From positions 96,001 to 160,000 of IMG/VR virus record IMGVR_UViG_3300028805_000046: a stretch of 64,000 nucleotides of DNA. One strand, written 5' to 3'. The number at the start of each line of letters is the position of its first letter. Positions within the stretch are counted from its first letter, which is position 1. The position numbers and the translations under genes were made by a program. Below, piece by piece: positions 35,708 through 46,273 of the stretch. The DNA is from a virus (lineage: Duplodnaviria; Caudoviricetes). The notes beneath the pieces are model-generated. The model made no database searches. It was not told the DNA's origin and saw only the letters and a program-made list of their open reading frames with translations.

Positions 35708-37312
35708 ATGAATTTCAGTCTTTTTAACCCGCTATCACCAAAGTTCTTACAGGTACTTCCTGACAAAGTACAGACTCGTGAGATGACCGCCAAGCTGAAC
35801 TCTTACGGCGTTGGCGAAGACACACTTGATTTAAGCAAGTACATTAGAGGCATTACGGGTCAGGCGGCTCCGGCCTACCCTTTCGAGCAAAACAACATAA
35901 TCTTTGATACTGTCTTTTCTTCTAAGAGACAGCGTATCAACTTCTATCGTAACATGGCTTTGTACGCCTTCGTTAAGAAGATGTTGAATATCATTGTTGG
36001 CGAATGCTGCTCAAGAACAGTGACTGGCGAAGTCGCTAAGTTTGACATTGTAGAGTCACAGAAGAAGTATTTTACGAACTCCGAATTTGACTCATTGAAG
36101 AAAGAATTTGACTGGGTTATCAACAGTGTAATTAAGAAGTCAGAAGTAAAGTCACTTTTCCGCAAGTGGCTTATTGACGGTGAAATCTTCCTTGAAATCT
36201 GTCTTAATGATGAAAAGAACTGTGTCGCTGGCATTAAGGTACTTCCACCATACTGCACATTGTGTGTATATGAAGAAGGAGTTCTTACTGGCTTCGTTCA
36301 GGATCCATCACTTGTTGACCCGAGCTTCGCAAAGAAGGAACTTAAAACGTTCACCCGTAATGAGATTGCGTACGCAAATTACGGTAAATATTATGGCAAC
36401 AACCTTAACGATGTTAGAGGACATCTAGAGGCTGCTATTAAGCCTATAAACCAGCTTCGCGCTATTCAAGATGCACAGACTGTGTATTTCATTGTTCGTG
36501 CTCCTGAAAAGAGAATCTGGAAGATCTACGGTGGTCAGATGGCAACCTCTCGCCAGCCTGAATACTTGCAGCAGATTATCAGCCAGTATCGTAGAGACTT
36601 GAATCTTGACCCGACAACTGGTCTTGTAGTTGGTTCTGCTAATACACAAGCAATGACTCAGGATATCTGGTTCATGCAAGACAGAAACGGACAAGGTTCT
36701 TCTGTTGAAACATTGAAAGGATCTACCGAGTTCAATGGCGCTCAGGACGCTATCAGCAGTTTCAAAGAAGATGTCGCTGACGCTCTTGAAGTTCCGGGTA
36801 CTCGCTGGAAAGGAGAAGCTGGTTCTTCTCAGTACGTTCAAGGCTTAGATGGTTTGAGCCTTGATGAAAGCCAGTTCCAGAAACGTTGTCAAGAATTCTC
36901 TGAACGTTTCGCTGATGTTATCATGCAGATTTTCATGGTTCAGTTGCAAGTCGCTGGCTATGAAGAAAAGTACCTTGACTCCGCTCTTTATGAAATTTCC
37001 CTTATCCCTGCTACTGACACTGTTCAGTTCAGAGCTTTGGCTATGGCAGAAAAGAGAACAGGTATTCTTGGAACTGTTTCTACTATGCTTCCAACCCGTG
37101 CTAACATTAAGGACGATTCAGATGAAGCACCTCCGATCTTCGCAAAGCAGTTCGTATTTGAAAACATGCTTGGTTATAAGACTGATGAATGGAAGAAGAA
37201 CGAAGAAATGCTCGCAAGAGAAATTGCCGAACTGAAGAAGAAAGTTGAGGCTGCTAAGGCAGAAGGTGGTGATGAAAGCGAGGAAGTGGAAGAGGGAGAC
37301 ATGGATTATTAA
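35708..37312 (+). CDS. Portal protein, T4 gp20-like
   Basis: FRKWLIDG, LEAAIKPINQLR, VRAPEKR, DIWF…GSSVETL.G, AL.VP.TR. Confidence 0.95.
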   Translation: MNFSLFNPLSPKFLQVLPDKVQTREMTAKLNSYGVGEDTLDLSKYIRGITGQAAPAYPFEQNNIIFDTVFSSKRQRINFYRNMALYAFVKKMLNIIVGECCSRTVTGEVAKFDIVESQKKYFTNSEFDSLKKEFDWVINSVIKKSEVKSLFRKWLIDGEIFLEICLNDEKNCVAGIKVLPPYCTLCVYEEGVLTGFVQDPSLVDPSFAKKELKTFTRNEIAYANYGKYYGNNLNDVRGHLEAAIKPINQLRAIQDAQTVYFIVRAPEKRIWKIYGGQMATSRQPEYLQQIISQYRRDLNLDPTTGLVVGSANTQAMTQDIWFMQDRNGQGSSVETLKGSTEFNGAQDAISSFKEDVADALEVPGTRWKGEAGSSQYVQGLDGLSLDESQFQKRCQEFSERFADVIMQIFMVQLQVAGYEEKYLDSALYEISLIPATDTVQFRALAMAEKRTGILGTVSTMLPTRANIKDDSDEAPPIFAKQFVFENMLGYKTDEWKKNEEMLAREIAELKKKVEAAKAEGGDESEEVEEGDMDY

Positions 37313-37352
37313 CTCCATGTATAAATAATAAAAAGTATAAGGAGAATTTTTC

Positions 37353-37934
37353 ATGGCTGTACAAAACATGTCGGTATTCACTACCAAGTTGAAGAATAAG
37401 CCAGACCTTGTCAAGTCTTGGCTATTCCTTGTGAATTTCAAATTTGACAATAAAGACCTTGAGGATGTTCTTGAACCAGAAGACATGCTTTTGCAGGCAC
37501 GTACTGGATCTATTCCTGGTAAGACTTTTGGTGAACTTGCTACCGAGTTCATGGGCTCAAAGCTCGTCTACCCAGGCAAGGCAACCGTTGATGGTACTTT
37601 GACTATTCGTTTTGATGAGTTCCAGGATATGAAGATTGGTAAGATTCTTCACAGATGGTCCAACCTTCTTTATAACCACACTCAGGAAGATGACGTTGAT
37701 GCAAACGGCTCAACTGGTGGTGCAGTTTCTAACTATATGCAAGACTATGCTGCTACAATCACCATTGACATCTATGACTCGACTCTCGAGAACAAGCTCC
37801 CGATTTCTTACAAGTTCAAGTTCTGCTGGCCGAAGGAAATCTCTCCTGCTGAACTTGATATGGAATCTGAAACCAAGCTTGCTCGTTCTGTCCAGTTTAG
37901 ATATTCAACATTCAGCGTTATCGGTAATGACTAA
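37353..37934 (+). CDS. Tail tube protein, T4 gp19-like
   Basis: SIPG…FMG..L.YPG…F..CWP.EIS..ELD…V.F.YS; TATAAATA at 37320-37327. Confidence 0.88.
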   Translation: MAVQNMSVFTTKLKNKPDLVKSWLFLVNFKFDNKDLEDVLEPEDMLLQARTGSIPGKTFGELATEFMGSKLVYPGKATVDGTLTIRFDEFQDMKIGKILHRWSNLLYNHTQEDDVDANGSTGGAVSNYMQDYAATITIDIYDSTLENKLPISYKFKFCWPKEISPAELDMESETKLARSVQFRYSTFSVIGND

Positions 37935-37944
37935 GAGGCAATAA

Positions 37945-38298
37945 ATGGCACAGAATCTAGATGAATTTCTTAAGAACACAGTGGAATCAGTGCACGATTT
38001 GAATGAAAGCACTGTTTCCATTGGACAGACTGATAGCATGAAAGGCAATCAGTGTTGCGGACCGCATCATCACGATTACATTCTTTGGGATCCTGCACAG
38101 GGTTGGGGCAAGACTGGTCCTGCTCTCGATGAACCAAAGAAGGATTCTATTCATGCCGCAATGCATGAACATATGATCGTTGATGGCAAGGTTCTTGAAT
38201 CTTGCGGACATACTCATGAACTTCTTAAGCCTATCTACACAGGCGAGCATTCTGCATTTACTCCACAGGCGGTGCAGGTTAAAGAGGTTGAAGACTAA
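37945..38298 (+). CDS. His-rich putative metal-binding protein (YmaF-like)
   Basis: HHHDY…G.T…HEH.I…GHTH.L motifs. Confidence 0.6.
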   Translation: MAQNLDEFLKNTVESVHDLNESTVSIGQTDSMKGNQCCGPHHHDYILWDPAQGWGKTGPALDEPKKDSIHAAMHEHMIVDGKVLESCGHTHELLKPIYTGEHSAFTPQAVQVKEVED

Positions 38299-38774
38299 TG
38301 GAAGGCGAAGCAATTTCACAACCAGTAGCACAGAATCCTGAGAATCAGAAGCTTGCTGATGATTTCCTCAGTTTTCTTGCGAGCACGATGGACAATGAGT
38401 GCGAAAAGCTCTATACTTTCGCACTTGATGCGCTTACATTCGCAAACAAAGTTCAGATCTGGCATTGGACTTGTGGAAGCGGATTCCATCATACGCACTT
38501 TGAAGAAATCTATGATGCAATCCGAGACTTCGCTGACAAGCTAGTTGAAACGGTCTTGTCTATGGGATATGAATTTAAACTTCAGTCTAAGTCATATCTC
38601 ATCAATGATGAAAAGTATGAATTGTCTGCTGCTCTTCGTAAGTTGCAGGCATTCCGTGATGAACTTGAACAGTATAAGAAACAGTATTCTTCAAAGATCT
38701 CGCTAGAAAATCTCTTTGCAGACACTATCGAGAAACTTGATAGAGAACTTGGTCTTATTAAGAATTTCTCGTAA
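38298..38774 (+). CDS. Ferritin/Dps-like four-helix protein
   Basis: QIWHW…HTHFEEIYD…D.LVE motif. Confidence 0.75.
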   Translation: MEGEAISQPVAQNPENQKLADDFLSFLASTMDNECEKLYTFALDALTFANKVQIWHWTCGSGFHHTHFEEIYDAIRDFADKLVETVLSMGYEFKLQSKSYLINDEKYELSAALRKLQAFRDELEQYKKQYSSKISLENLFADTIEKLDRELGLIKNFS

Positions 38775-38795
38775 AGTTAGGTCTACGTCAATAAA

Positions 38796-38822
38796 ACCGG
38801 AGGTTCGTCCTCCGGTATTTTT
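38796..38822 (+). terminator. Intrinsic terminator
   Basis: ACCGGAGG/CCTCCGGT. Confidence 0.8.
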
Positions 38823-38927
38823 ATGACTTTAAAAACAAGAATTTTTGCCTACCGCATTGAGATAAATAAAATAAGAGAAGGATTTTAAACGCCTCTCGTT
38901 GTTGAAAAGTAAATTGGAGGAAATAGA

Positions 38928-39893
38928 ATGGAAAAGATTTATGAAAAACTTTCTGGTGTCCTTTCTCCAGAGGACTTGAATGAAGTAAAGGAATCATTCG
39001 AGAAAGCTGTGGACGAAAGAGTACAAGTAAAACTTACAGAAGAAACAAAGAATCTTGCCAAGAAAGCTGACGAATTCTGTCAGAAGAAAATCCAAGAAGC
39101 AGTTGATAAGAAAACCGCTGAGTTGGAAGCTCTAGCCAATAAGTACTGTGAAATGCGTTGCACCAGTATCGCTGAAAAGGCACAGAAGAAGATTGATGCC
39201 CAACAGAAGAAACTTGAGGAAGCAGCAAAGCAGTATATCTTCGAGAAGTCTGAAGAAAACTTCAAGGCTCGTGTTGGCGAAGAGATTGAAAACTTCGAGC
39301 AGGAAATGCTTGAATGCTTGGATCTTTGGCTTGAAAAGACTATTTCCGAAAAGATCAGTCCAGATCTTATCAAGAAACAAGCTGTTAACGAAACCTACGA
39401 ACCGATCATCAACGTTATCAAGAACGCATTCCAAGATCAGTTCGTACCGCTTGACACTAGTGGATCTGCAAAGATTCGTGAAGCCAAGAAAGAGCTTGCT
39501 GAATTGAAGGAATCTCTCAGACTTCAGGTTGAGTCTGGTATGAGCCTTTCAAAGAGATTGGACGAAGCTGAAAAGAAGGCACTTATTGCTGAAAAGACTC
39601 GTGGACTTAATGACCAGCAGACTGCTCGCGTTAAGAACATGTTTGAAAGCAAGTCATACGCAAACACTAAGAAAGATATTGATTCCTACATCACTATTCT
39701 TAACGAACGTGCTCCTGCTATGAAGCGCCCTGCTGCACAGCGTCTTTCGGAAAATCACAGACTTAATTCTCATGCATTGCATGTAGAAGATGAAACACAG
39801 GACATTTTGACCGAAAAGTTCCATCCGAAGCAGCAAATGAGCGCAAATGATTTCTTGTTGAAGTCAGCTGCCGCTTTTACAAGAGAAAATTAA
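38928..39893 (+). CDS. Prohead scaffolding protein, T4 gp22-like
   Basis: Coiled-coil, FE.AV, T.GL…Q; directly upstream of the MCP gene. Confidence 0.85.
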   Translation: MEKIYEKLSGVLSPEDLNEVKESFEKAVDERVQVKLTEETKNLAKKADEFCQKKIQEAVDKKTAELEALANKYCEMRCTSIAEKAQKKIDAQQKKLEEAAKQYIFEKSEENFKARVGEEIENFEQEMLECLDLWLEKTISEKISPDLIKKQAVNETYEPIINVIKNAFQDQFVPLDTSGSAKIREAKKELAELKESLRLQVESGMSLSKRLDEAEKKALIAEKTRGLNDQQTARVKNMFESKSYANTKKDIDSYITILNERAPAMKRPAAQRLSENHRLNSHALHVEDETQDILTEKFHPKQQMSANDFLLKSAAAFTREN

Positions 39894-39975
39894 AAAAGAA
39901 ACAAATAAATAAAATAAAATGATAAAGCAATTTATCAGTTTTGATTTTTAACACTCATTTGGAGGAAATCAGAAA

Positions 39976-41265
39976 ATGGCAAAGATCAGAAAAGAAGTTG
40001 TTGACTACTGGTCTCAAGTAGACGAAGGTCTATCAGTAGCTGACATCAAGAACCGTTATATTAAGGAAAACGTTGCACAGTTGATGGAAAACCAGTGCAC
40101 ACAGGATATCTATTCTGGCGCATTGCTAGAAGACTTTGGTATCGGTGTTGGCGCTCCAACTGGTGCTGACCAGGGTATCCCACATGGCGGTGACGCTAAG
40201 GCAGTTTTTGCTCCAGTTTCACTTGCACTCGTTCGCCGTGTTTATCCGCAGTTGTTTGCTAACGTTCTTGTTGGCGTTCAGGCAATGCAGGGACCTGTAG
40301 GCTTGGCATACGCAATGCGTACTGTTTACAAGGACGAACTCGATAAGGGCCGCGTCGTTGAAGCAGCATGGAAGGACGTGCCGGAATATTCTGGCTTCAC
40401 TGGTTCTCAGCATGGTACTCATGGTCCAGCTGACAGCGGCCTCGGTGTAGAAACTCAGGAAGCTGAAAAGTGGTCAGTTAACAACCACGACGGATACGGC
40501 AAGATTCCAGAATTGGCAATCATGTTCAGCCGTCAGCCAATCGTAGCCCGCACTCGTAAGATTGCATCAAGCTTCTCTCTTGAATCTATTGACGATATCA
40601 AGAAGATGCAGGGCGTTGACATGGTGAACGACATGGTTAACACTCTCCAGTATGAACTTACTGCAGAAATTGACCGTGAAACCATCGCACGTTGTAAGGC
40701 ATTGACTAAGGTCAAGACTCTCCGTCCGAAGGAAGAAAACAAGGACGTACAGGATGATTGGTCTGGCCGTTGGTCTCAGGAAAGAATCTCTAACATCATC
40801 ACCCACATCATCGCAGCATCTAACGATATTGCTATCGCAACTCGTAAGGCTCCGGGTAACATTGCTGTTGTATCTCCGGCTGTTGCTACTGCATTGCAGT
40901 CTTCAACCCAGTTCTTCAACAAGATTGCCACTGATGTAACTGGTTCTACCGCAACTGCTGAAGTTGGTACTTTGAACGGCGGTTCAATCAAGGTATACCG
41001 CGATGCTTACGCAGTCAACCACGGTGTTGATAACTGTGAAGTTCTTATCGCATACAAGGGCGCATCTAACGATGATGCTGGCGTGGTATTCTGCCCGTAC
41101 GTAACCGGTGTAGTTAACCAGGCTATTGACCCGAACACCTTCTCACCAAGAATCGGTATCATGACCCGTTACGCATTTGCGAATAACCTTTTGGGCGCAG
41201 ATAACTACTATCGCACCTTGAAGTTCGAAGGTCTTGACAGAAAGATTGCTGGTGACGTATACTAA
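39976..41265 (+). CDS. Major capsid protein, T4 gp23-like
   Basis: LVRRVYP, VGVQAMQGPVG, ARTRK, EIDRE, FCPY, DPNTFSP.IG..TRY. Confidence 0.97.
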   Translation: MAKIRKEVVDYWSQVDEGLSVADIKNRYIKENVAQLMENQCTQDIYSGALLEDFGIGVGAPTGADQGIPHGGDAKAVFAPVSLALVRRVYPQLFANVLVGVQAMQGPVGLAYAMRTVYKDELDKGRVVEAAWKDVPEYSGFTGSQHGTHGPADSGLGVETQEAEKWSVNNHDGYGKIPELAIMFSRQPIVARTRKIASSFSLESIDDIKKMQGVDMVNDMVNTLQYELTAEIDRETIARCKALTKVKTLRPKEENKDVQDDWSGRWSQERISNIITHIIAASNDIAIATRKAPGNIAVVSPAVATALQSSTQFFNKIATDVTGSTATAEVGTLNGGSIKVYRDAYAVNHGVDNCEVLIAYKGASNDDAGVVFCPYVTGVVNQAIDPNTFSPRIGIMTRYAFANNLLGADNYYRTLKFEGLDRKIAGDVY

Positions 41266-41294
41266 TCTTTAACCGATAAAGGAGAAAATTAGAA

Positions 41295-41669
41295 ATGAAA
41301 CCTACAGTTCAAGCACCAGAATTTTATCAGGTTGGTAACGATTACGTTCAGGCACCTCTCGACAAGTTCTATTCTTCTGCATTCAGCGGAATTGGACCTG
41401 ACGGAAAGGCCTACGTAACCGATTCCTACCAGGACGGCATTTACCGTCAGTTGTCAGATGAGTTGGTTAACGGCGCATACTCAGCAGATCCGTTCAAGGA
41501 TCCGTCTGGCTTCAACAAGCGCACCGTCCTTGTTGACCCAATGGCTCCGATCCCAACTTACACTTCTGGGGACACTGCATACTCTGTCGCAGACGTTGTC
41601 TACGGCATTGGACCAGCCGATGAAGCTGGCTCTGCAGTTAAGCCGAACAAGAAGGAATTTGACGCTTAA
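41295..41669 (+). CDS. Hypothetical protein, possible head decoration protein
   Basis: Strong SD; lies between the MCP gene and its terminator. Confidence 0.65.
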   Translation: MKPTVQAPEFYQVGNDYVQAPLDKFYSSAFSGIGPDGKAYVTDSYQDGIYRQLSDELVNGAYSADPFKDPSGFNKRTVLVDPMAPIPTYTSGDTAYSVADVVYGIGPADEAGSAVKPNKKEFDA

Positions 41670-41689
41670 TCTGGCGAGTTAAAATTCCC

Positions 41690-41720
41690 AAGCCGTGAGG
41701 TTCTGCCTCACGGCTTTTTT
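41690..41720 (+). terminator. Intrinsic terminator of the capsid operon
   Basis: AAGCCGTGAGG/CCTCACGGCTT followed by a T run. Confidence 0.9.
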
Positions 41721-41757
41721 GTGTAATAAATATAGAAAATCAATTTGAGGTGAATTT

Positions 41758-42609
41758 ATGCAAAGTACAAAACTTCCTGCTGGTGGCGATCTTAACGCAA
41801 TGACCGCACAGCTTTTAGCACAAGAAGAAGCAATTAAGAATGAAGCAGCTGCAGAACTTGGAACTCCAAAACAGGCAGTAATTCCAAAGAATGCAGTAAT
41901 GGTGAACACTGACATGCTTCCTTCAAAGGGCCGTGAGTACAAGTGTCCGATGTACGTATCTCCGCTTGACCCAATTGACCTTAAGAATCTTAACACCATG
42001 AAACCTGAAAACGCACAAGCCAGAATCAATGGCGTGCTTTTTAACAGAGTACATGGCGTGCCTTATAAGGACATTCTGCAGGGCGATAAACTTTGGCTGT
42101 TGTTTTATATCAGATCCGTCACGTATGACGATTTTCCGATCTTTATTAAGTACAAATGCAAGGACTGCGGCAAGGCAGGCATTTATAAAGCAACTATCAA
42201 TAAGTTGAATGTCGCGTACTTGAACGATGACTTCAACAAGACTCTTGAACTTCCACATTCAAAAGACGTATTGACTTTGCGTCTTCCAACTATCCGTTCT
42301 GAAGACCGTGCTAATTCAGTTAAGAACAATCAGCAGATTAAGATTCCGCTTGACCCAGATATGATTGACTTGACTGTCTATCTTGAAGAAATCAATGGCG
42401 AACGAGTCAATACTTTGGACGCATACAACTATCTAAAGAAACTTGACGCCTATGACTTCTCAGTCTATACGAACTATCTCCTTGAAAACAACTTCGGTAT
42501 TTTGCCTAACATCAAGATTCCTTGTGATTGCGGCAATACCGTTGTTGAAGAAATTGGATTTACTCCTGATTTCTTCCTTCCAAACTTCAGCAAGTACAAA
42601 GACTTGTAA
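41758..42609 (+). CDS. Baseplate hub assembly protein, T4 gp26-like
   Basis: LPSKG..Y, D..L.GD…IRS, CxxCG, LP.S…LRLP, CDCG…DFF.P. Confidence 0.75.
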   Translation: MQSTKLPAGGDLNAMTAQLLAQEEAIKNEAAAELGTPKQAVIPKNAVMVNTDMLPSKGREYKCPMYVSPLDPIDLKNLNTMKPENAQARINGVLFNRVHGVPYKDILQGDKLWLLFYIRSVTYDDFPIFIKYKCKDCGKAGIYKATINKLNVAYLNDDFNKTLELPHSKDVLTLRLPTIRSEDRANSVKNNQQIKIPLDPDMIDLTVYLEEINGERVNTLDAYNYLKKLDAYDFSVYTNYLLENNFGILPNIKIPCDCGNTVVEEIGFTPDFFLPNFSKYKDL

Positions 42610-42617
42610 TAGCGACT

Positions 42618-42644
42618 GCCGGTGGTTCTCCCACCGGCCTTTTT
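42618..42644 (+). terminator. Intrinsic terminator
   Basis: GCCGGTGG/CCACCGGC followed by a T run; TATAAATA follows at 42648. Confidence 0.85.
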
Positions 42645-42676
42645 GTGTATAAATATAAAAAGATAAAGGAATCTTT

Positions 42677-45406
42677 ATGGCTTTTAATACACATTACACA
42701 CGCTTTACATATCAGCAGATGATTGAGGACTTTACCAATCGTCTTCGTTCTGATGAGAAATTTAAGAAGTTGTCAGCAGCATCTATCTACCAAATGTTTA
42801 TGGAGATGCTTACTGGCACTATTGACATGACGAACTTCTACATGCAGCGCGTGGCAGAAGAAAGTTTCATGCATACCGCAAAGCTAGATTCTAGCATTAT
42901 CAAGCATGCAGCTACTTTGGGCTATTCACCAAAGAAACCTACTCCTGCAGAAGTTGAAGTAGCAATCGTTCTTAGAGGACCTCTCCCTGCAGAACTTCAA
43001 GCAGGTGCTACTGTTTATTTCTCTCAAGAAGACGTTAAGTTGTCTTTCAACGGCAACCCTTACATTCTAGCGACTGACTATTCATATACGTTCACTGCTG
43101 AGGACATTAATGATGGACGCGATAATTCATCGTGGTCAAAGACTATCGTTATGTCTAAGAAAGCAGAAAACATGAAGTGGTTGCCGCTTGCAGGAATCAA
43201 GTATTACAAAGCCGGAGATGTCCAACCAATCAAGGCTTACCAAGCTGAATTTGCTGATGTAGAAATTAAAGGCGTTTCAAATCTTCGTAAGCTCGGAAAG
43301 AATTATCAGTTCTATGACATTAACGATCTTGAGTTCTCAAACTGGTTTGGTAGACGAGATCCTAGCTCATACAACTATGGACGTTATGTAAAGCATTCTG
43401 GCTATACCAAGATTGGCATTGGTAAGACTAAGGACGAAGCGTTCAATTCAGATGGTTCTAATCTTTATGACATTGAAGACTATTCTATCTTCTTGAACCC
43501 AGATGTTCTTGCTCAAGATATGCCTAAGAGCCCATTGAAGGTCTGTGCTGTAACGACTAACAGCGACAAGACTACTCGCATTCAGTTCGGCGACGGCATT
43601 CTTGTTGATAACGGTCTAAGTGTCAATTCAGACAACATCTACGTTCGTTACTTGAAGACTCGTGGCGCTACTGCAAATACTGTCGGTACCACAGGCAGCA
43701 TGTTCCAGTGTTCAACTGATTTCTTCGCTACCCAAGCTGGATCTATCGTTGACATTTCTTCAAACGTCCAGATCCTTTTGAACAGCGACATTACTGCTGG
43801 CGCTGATTTTGAATCTGCTTTGAGCATCAAGAATCATGCACCGCTTTACTATGCTGCTGCAGGTCGTCTAATCACCAAGAACGACTTTGAGTCATACTTC
43901 ACTTCTTTGACTACTCCGATTAAGGTAAAGAACGCATCTGCTTGGGGTCAAGATGAAGTTGAAGCTCTTGGCACAAATGGCACAGTTACATACAAGTATC
44001 TTCAGAACGTCGTTCTTTACTGCTTAGCTGCAAGTACTTACAACATCAACGGAAAGTTGAACTCTGTCCGTAATGTTCTTGATGACGAAGACGAAACCTT
44101 TGGCGCATTCACTGTTTATGGCTCTGGAACGAAATATCTTGAGCATTTGACTGACTACATCAAGTTGCTTCTTAGCACTAAGTCTTTTGACACACAGCAG
44201 TATGCAAAGAACCCGTCACAACAATGGCAGAAGAACGTAAAGAAGATCCGTGATAACGTTCAAGACAAGATGCTCATCGGAACTAAGCTTTACTCTATGC
44301 CGCCATTTGTACAGTACTTTGATGTAGTTGGAACTGTAGAGGTTGACTCGCTTTCTAAGTTGCAGCAGTACAAGATTGATGTTGAAAACAAGATTTATGA
44401 ATGGCTTGACGAAAACACTACCTTTAGAAAATCAATCTATAAGGCAGACATTATCAAGTTCTTCAATGAACGCCCTGAGACTAAGTCAGTGAACCTTGAC
44501 ATTAAGGTTTCAGAACTTATCATGAGCGACAAGTCTACGTTCTCATTTGCAGTTGGACCAAATTCTGGTCTTTACTCAATCAACCGTAACTTGCCGGGTG
44601 CTCCTGACAGAGATTACATTGATAAAGATGAAGTTCATTATCAGAACTATAACACAATCACCATCCCGAAGACTGACGCCAACAATGCGTCTATCAGCGT
44701 TGATGCGTTTAAGAATAAGAACATCATCGTTTCATTGAATAATGGTGGTACTGAAGTAAACAAGTTCCAATTCACTCCTTATGAAGTGTCTGAAACTTCA
44801 ACTAACTTCATTCTTTCAATGTACGGATATCAGACAAGTCAAGTTCAACAGATCGCTGATAATGCAGTATTCTACATCAGTGTTGCTGGTAGTGCAGATT
44901 TTGCTTCTACTTCAAACTTGTCAGTTTCTAATGCTACTGCTTATGGACTTGACGCTACACAAACCAGAGCAGTTATTGCTGATGTAAAAGAATGGATGAA
45001 TGCATGCAAGCCTGCACTTACGCAAGCAGATCGCCCAATTCATTTGCCTTACACAATTGAGACAATGGACGAAGTAACCCGTGATGAAACAATCTATCGT
45101 CTTGGTTCTGTTCAGCAAGGCGACCTTGAAAAGGAATTGACTGAAAAGTCATTCTGGCAGCATTTCGTTCCATATCTTATCAACAAGTACTATGGACATG
45201 ACAGCCTTAAGGGAGAACTTCTTGAGCAGTCAGTCAATGGTGACCTTTGGAATGGAATCACAAATCTTGTGCTTGACATTTACAGACAGATGAAGGTTGT
45301 TTTCTGTGACTCAATCCTTGATGACAATAACAACATCATTGACTACTCAATGGATAATGAACTTCCAGTGGTTCGTCTAAACATAACCTATAAGTACAGA
45401 GCATAA
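42677..45406 (+). CDS. Baseplate wedge protein, T4 gp6-like
   Basis: ESF..TA…A..LGY.P, I.FGDG, Y..T.G..AN, GADFES…IK..AP…R..T..D, AWG. Confidence 0.92.
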   Translation: MAFNTHYTRFTYQQMIEDFTNRLRSDEKFKKLSAASIYQMFMEMLTGTIDMTNFYMQRVAEESFMHTAKLDSSIIKHAATLGYSPKKPTPAEVEVAIVLRGPLPAELQAGATVYFSQEDVKLSFNGNPYILATDYSYTFTAEDINDGRDNSSWSKTIVMSKKAENMKWLPLAGIKYYKAGDVQPIKAYQAEFADVEIKGVSNLRKLGKNYQFYDINDLEFSNWFGRRDPSSYNYGRYVKHSGYTKIGIGKTKDEAFNSDGSNLYDIEDYSIFLNPDVLAQDMPKSPLKVCAVTTNSDKTTRIQFGDGILVDNGLSVNSDNIYVRYLKTRGATANTVGTTGSMFQCSTDFFATQAGSIVDISSNVQILLNSDITAGADFESALSIKNHAPLYYAAAGRLITKNDFESYFTSLTTPIKVKNASAWGQDEVEALGTNGTVTYKYLQNVVLYCLAASTYNINGKLNSVRNVLDDEDETFGAFTVYGSGTKYLEHLTDYIKLLLSTKSFDTQQYAKNPSQQWQKNVKKIRDNVQDKMLIGTKLYSMPPFVQYFDVVGTVEVDSLSKLQQYKIDVENKIYEWLDENTTFRKSIYKADIIKFFNERPETKSVNLDIKVSELIMSDKSTFSFAVGPNSGLYSINRNLPGAPDRDYIDKDEVHYQNYNTITIPKTDANNASISVDAFKNKNIIVSLNNGGTEVNKFQFTPYEVSETSTNFILSMYGYQTSQVQQIADNAVFYISVAGSADFASTSNLSVSNATAYGLDATQTRAVIADVKEWMNACKPALTQADRPIHLPYTIETMDEVTRDETIYRLGSVQQGDLEKELTEKSFWQHFVPYLINKYYGHDSLKGELLEQSVNGDLWNGITNLVLDIYRQMKVVFCDSILDDNNNIIDYSMDNELPVVRLNITYKYRA

Positions 45407-45407
45407 T

Positions 45408-46265
45408 ATGTTGCAAGTAAAAACAGACTATACTGAATACATCGTAAAGGTCACCGTCACGTCTGAGGACAAGGCGATTGACCTTACGTCGCCTGAGTTC
45501 AGAATAGACATCGGCGACTATCTTTATTCATATCTTCATAGAGGCGAAATCAGAAATAAGAATGAAGCAGTCATTACTGAGGCGTCTGAGCCACTCGCCT
45601 TTGTTACGAAGGACAATGTCGCTACTTACTGCAACACTGATGAAGAAAGTCTTATCAGAAACGGTTTTCAGTTCTGGGTCAGCGAAGATCATAAGACAAT
45701 GGAAATGCGTTTCGTTCCGAAGAATAGTGTAGAGGACAAGCCGGATCATCACTGGTACGTCTTGCTTGTCGTCGTTGCGTTTGATTTCGAGAATACCGCT
45801 CGTTTTGACCTTTGCTTAATGCCAAGACTTATGCCTGGTGAAATCAAGAAAAAGTACCCAAATGAACTGGATAAGGTTTTGCCTACTTCTGCCTATCGTC
45901 CTGATTACATCTTCAGCGATGAAAATGATAATGATAAGTTGTTCATCAACAACTACAGCAGTAGAACTGAGGATGGAACTGCTACATACGCTGCAACTTA
46001 TTCAGCATTCATACCAAATGATCTTGCAACTGATTTAGGAATTGATGTTTCTAGTCCAAGTGATTGGACTCATAAGTCAGCATTCTGTCAGCCAGGAACC
46101 AACGAAGGCCTTGAACTTGATGGGTATGAAACAGTAGGCAGCCAGACAACAGAAGACATTATGGGATGTTCTGGCATAAATGTTGTGACTATAACTCAAG
46201 ATATAAATCCAGTAGACAAAGTTGATTACTACAAAGACCATGTGATGGTCGAGTATGAATTTTAG
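45408..46265 (+). CDS. Hypothetical (probable baseplate) protein
   Basis: ORF directly after gp6. Confidence 0.7.
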   Translation: MLQVKTDYTEYIVKVTVTSEDKAIDLTSPEFRIDIGDYLYSYLHRGEIRNKNEAVITEASEPLAFVTKDNVATYCNTDEESLIRNGFQFWVSEDHKTMEMRFVPKNSVEDKPDHHWYVLLVVVAFDFENTARFDLCLMPRLMPGEIKKKYPNELDKVLPTSAYRPDYIFSDENDNDKLFINNYSSRTEDGTATYAATYSAFIPNDLATDLGIDVSSPSDWTHKSAFCQPGTNEGLELDGYETVGSQTTEDIMGCSGINVVTITQDINPVDKVDYYKDHVMVEYEF

Positions 46266-46273
46266 GAGATCTT

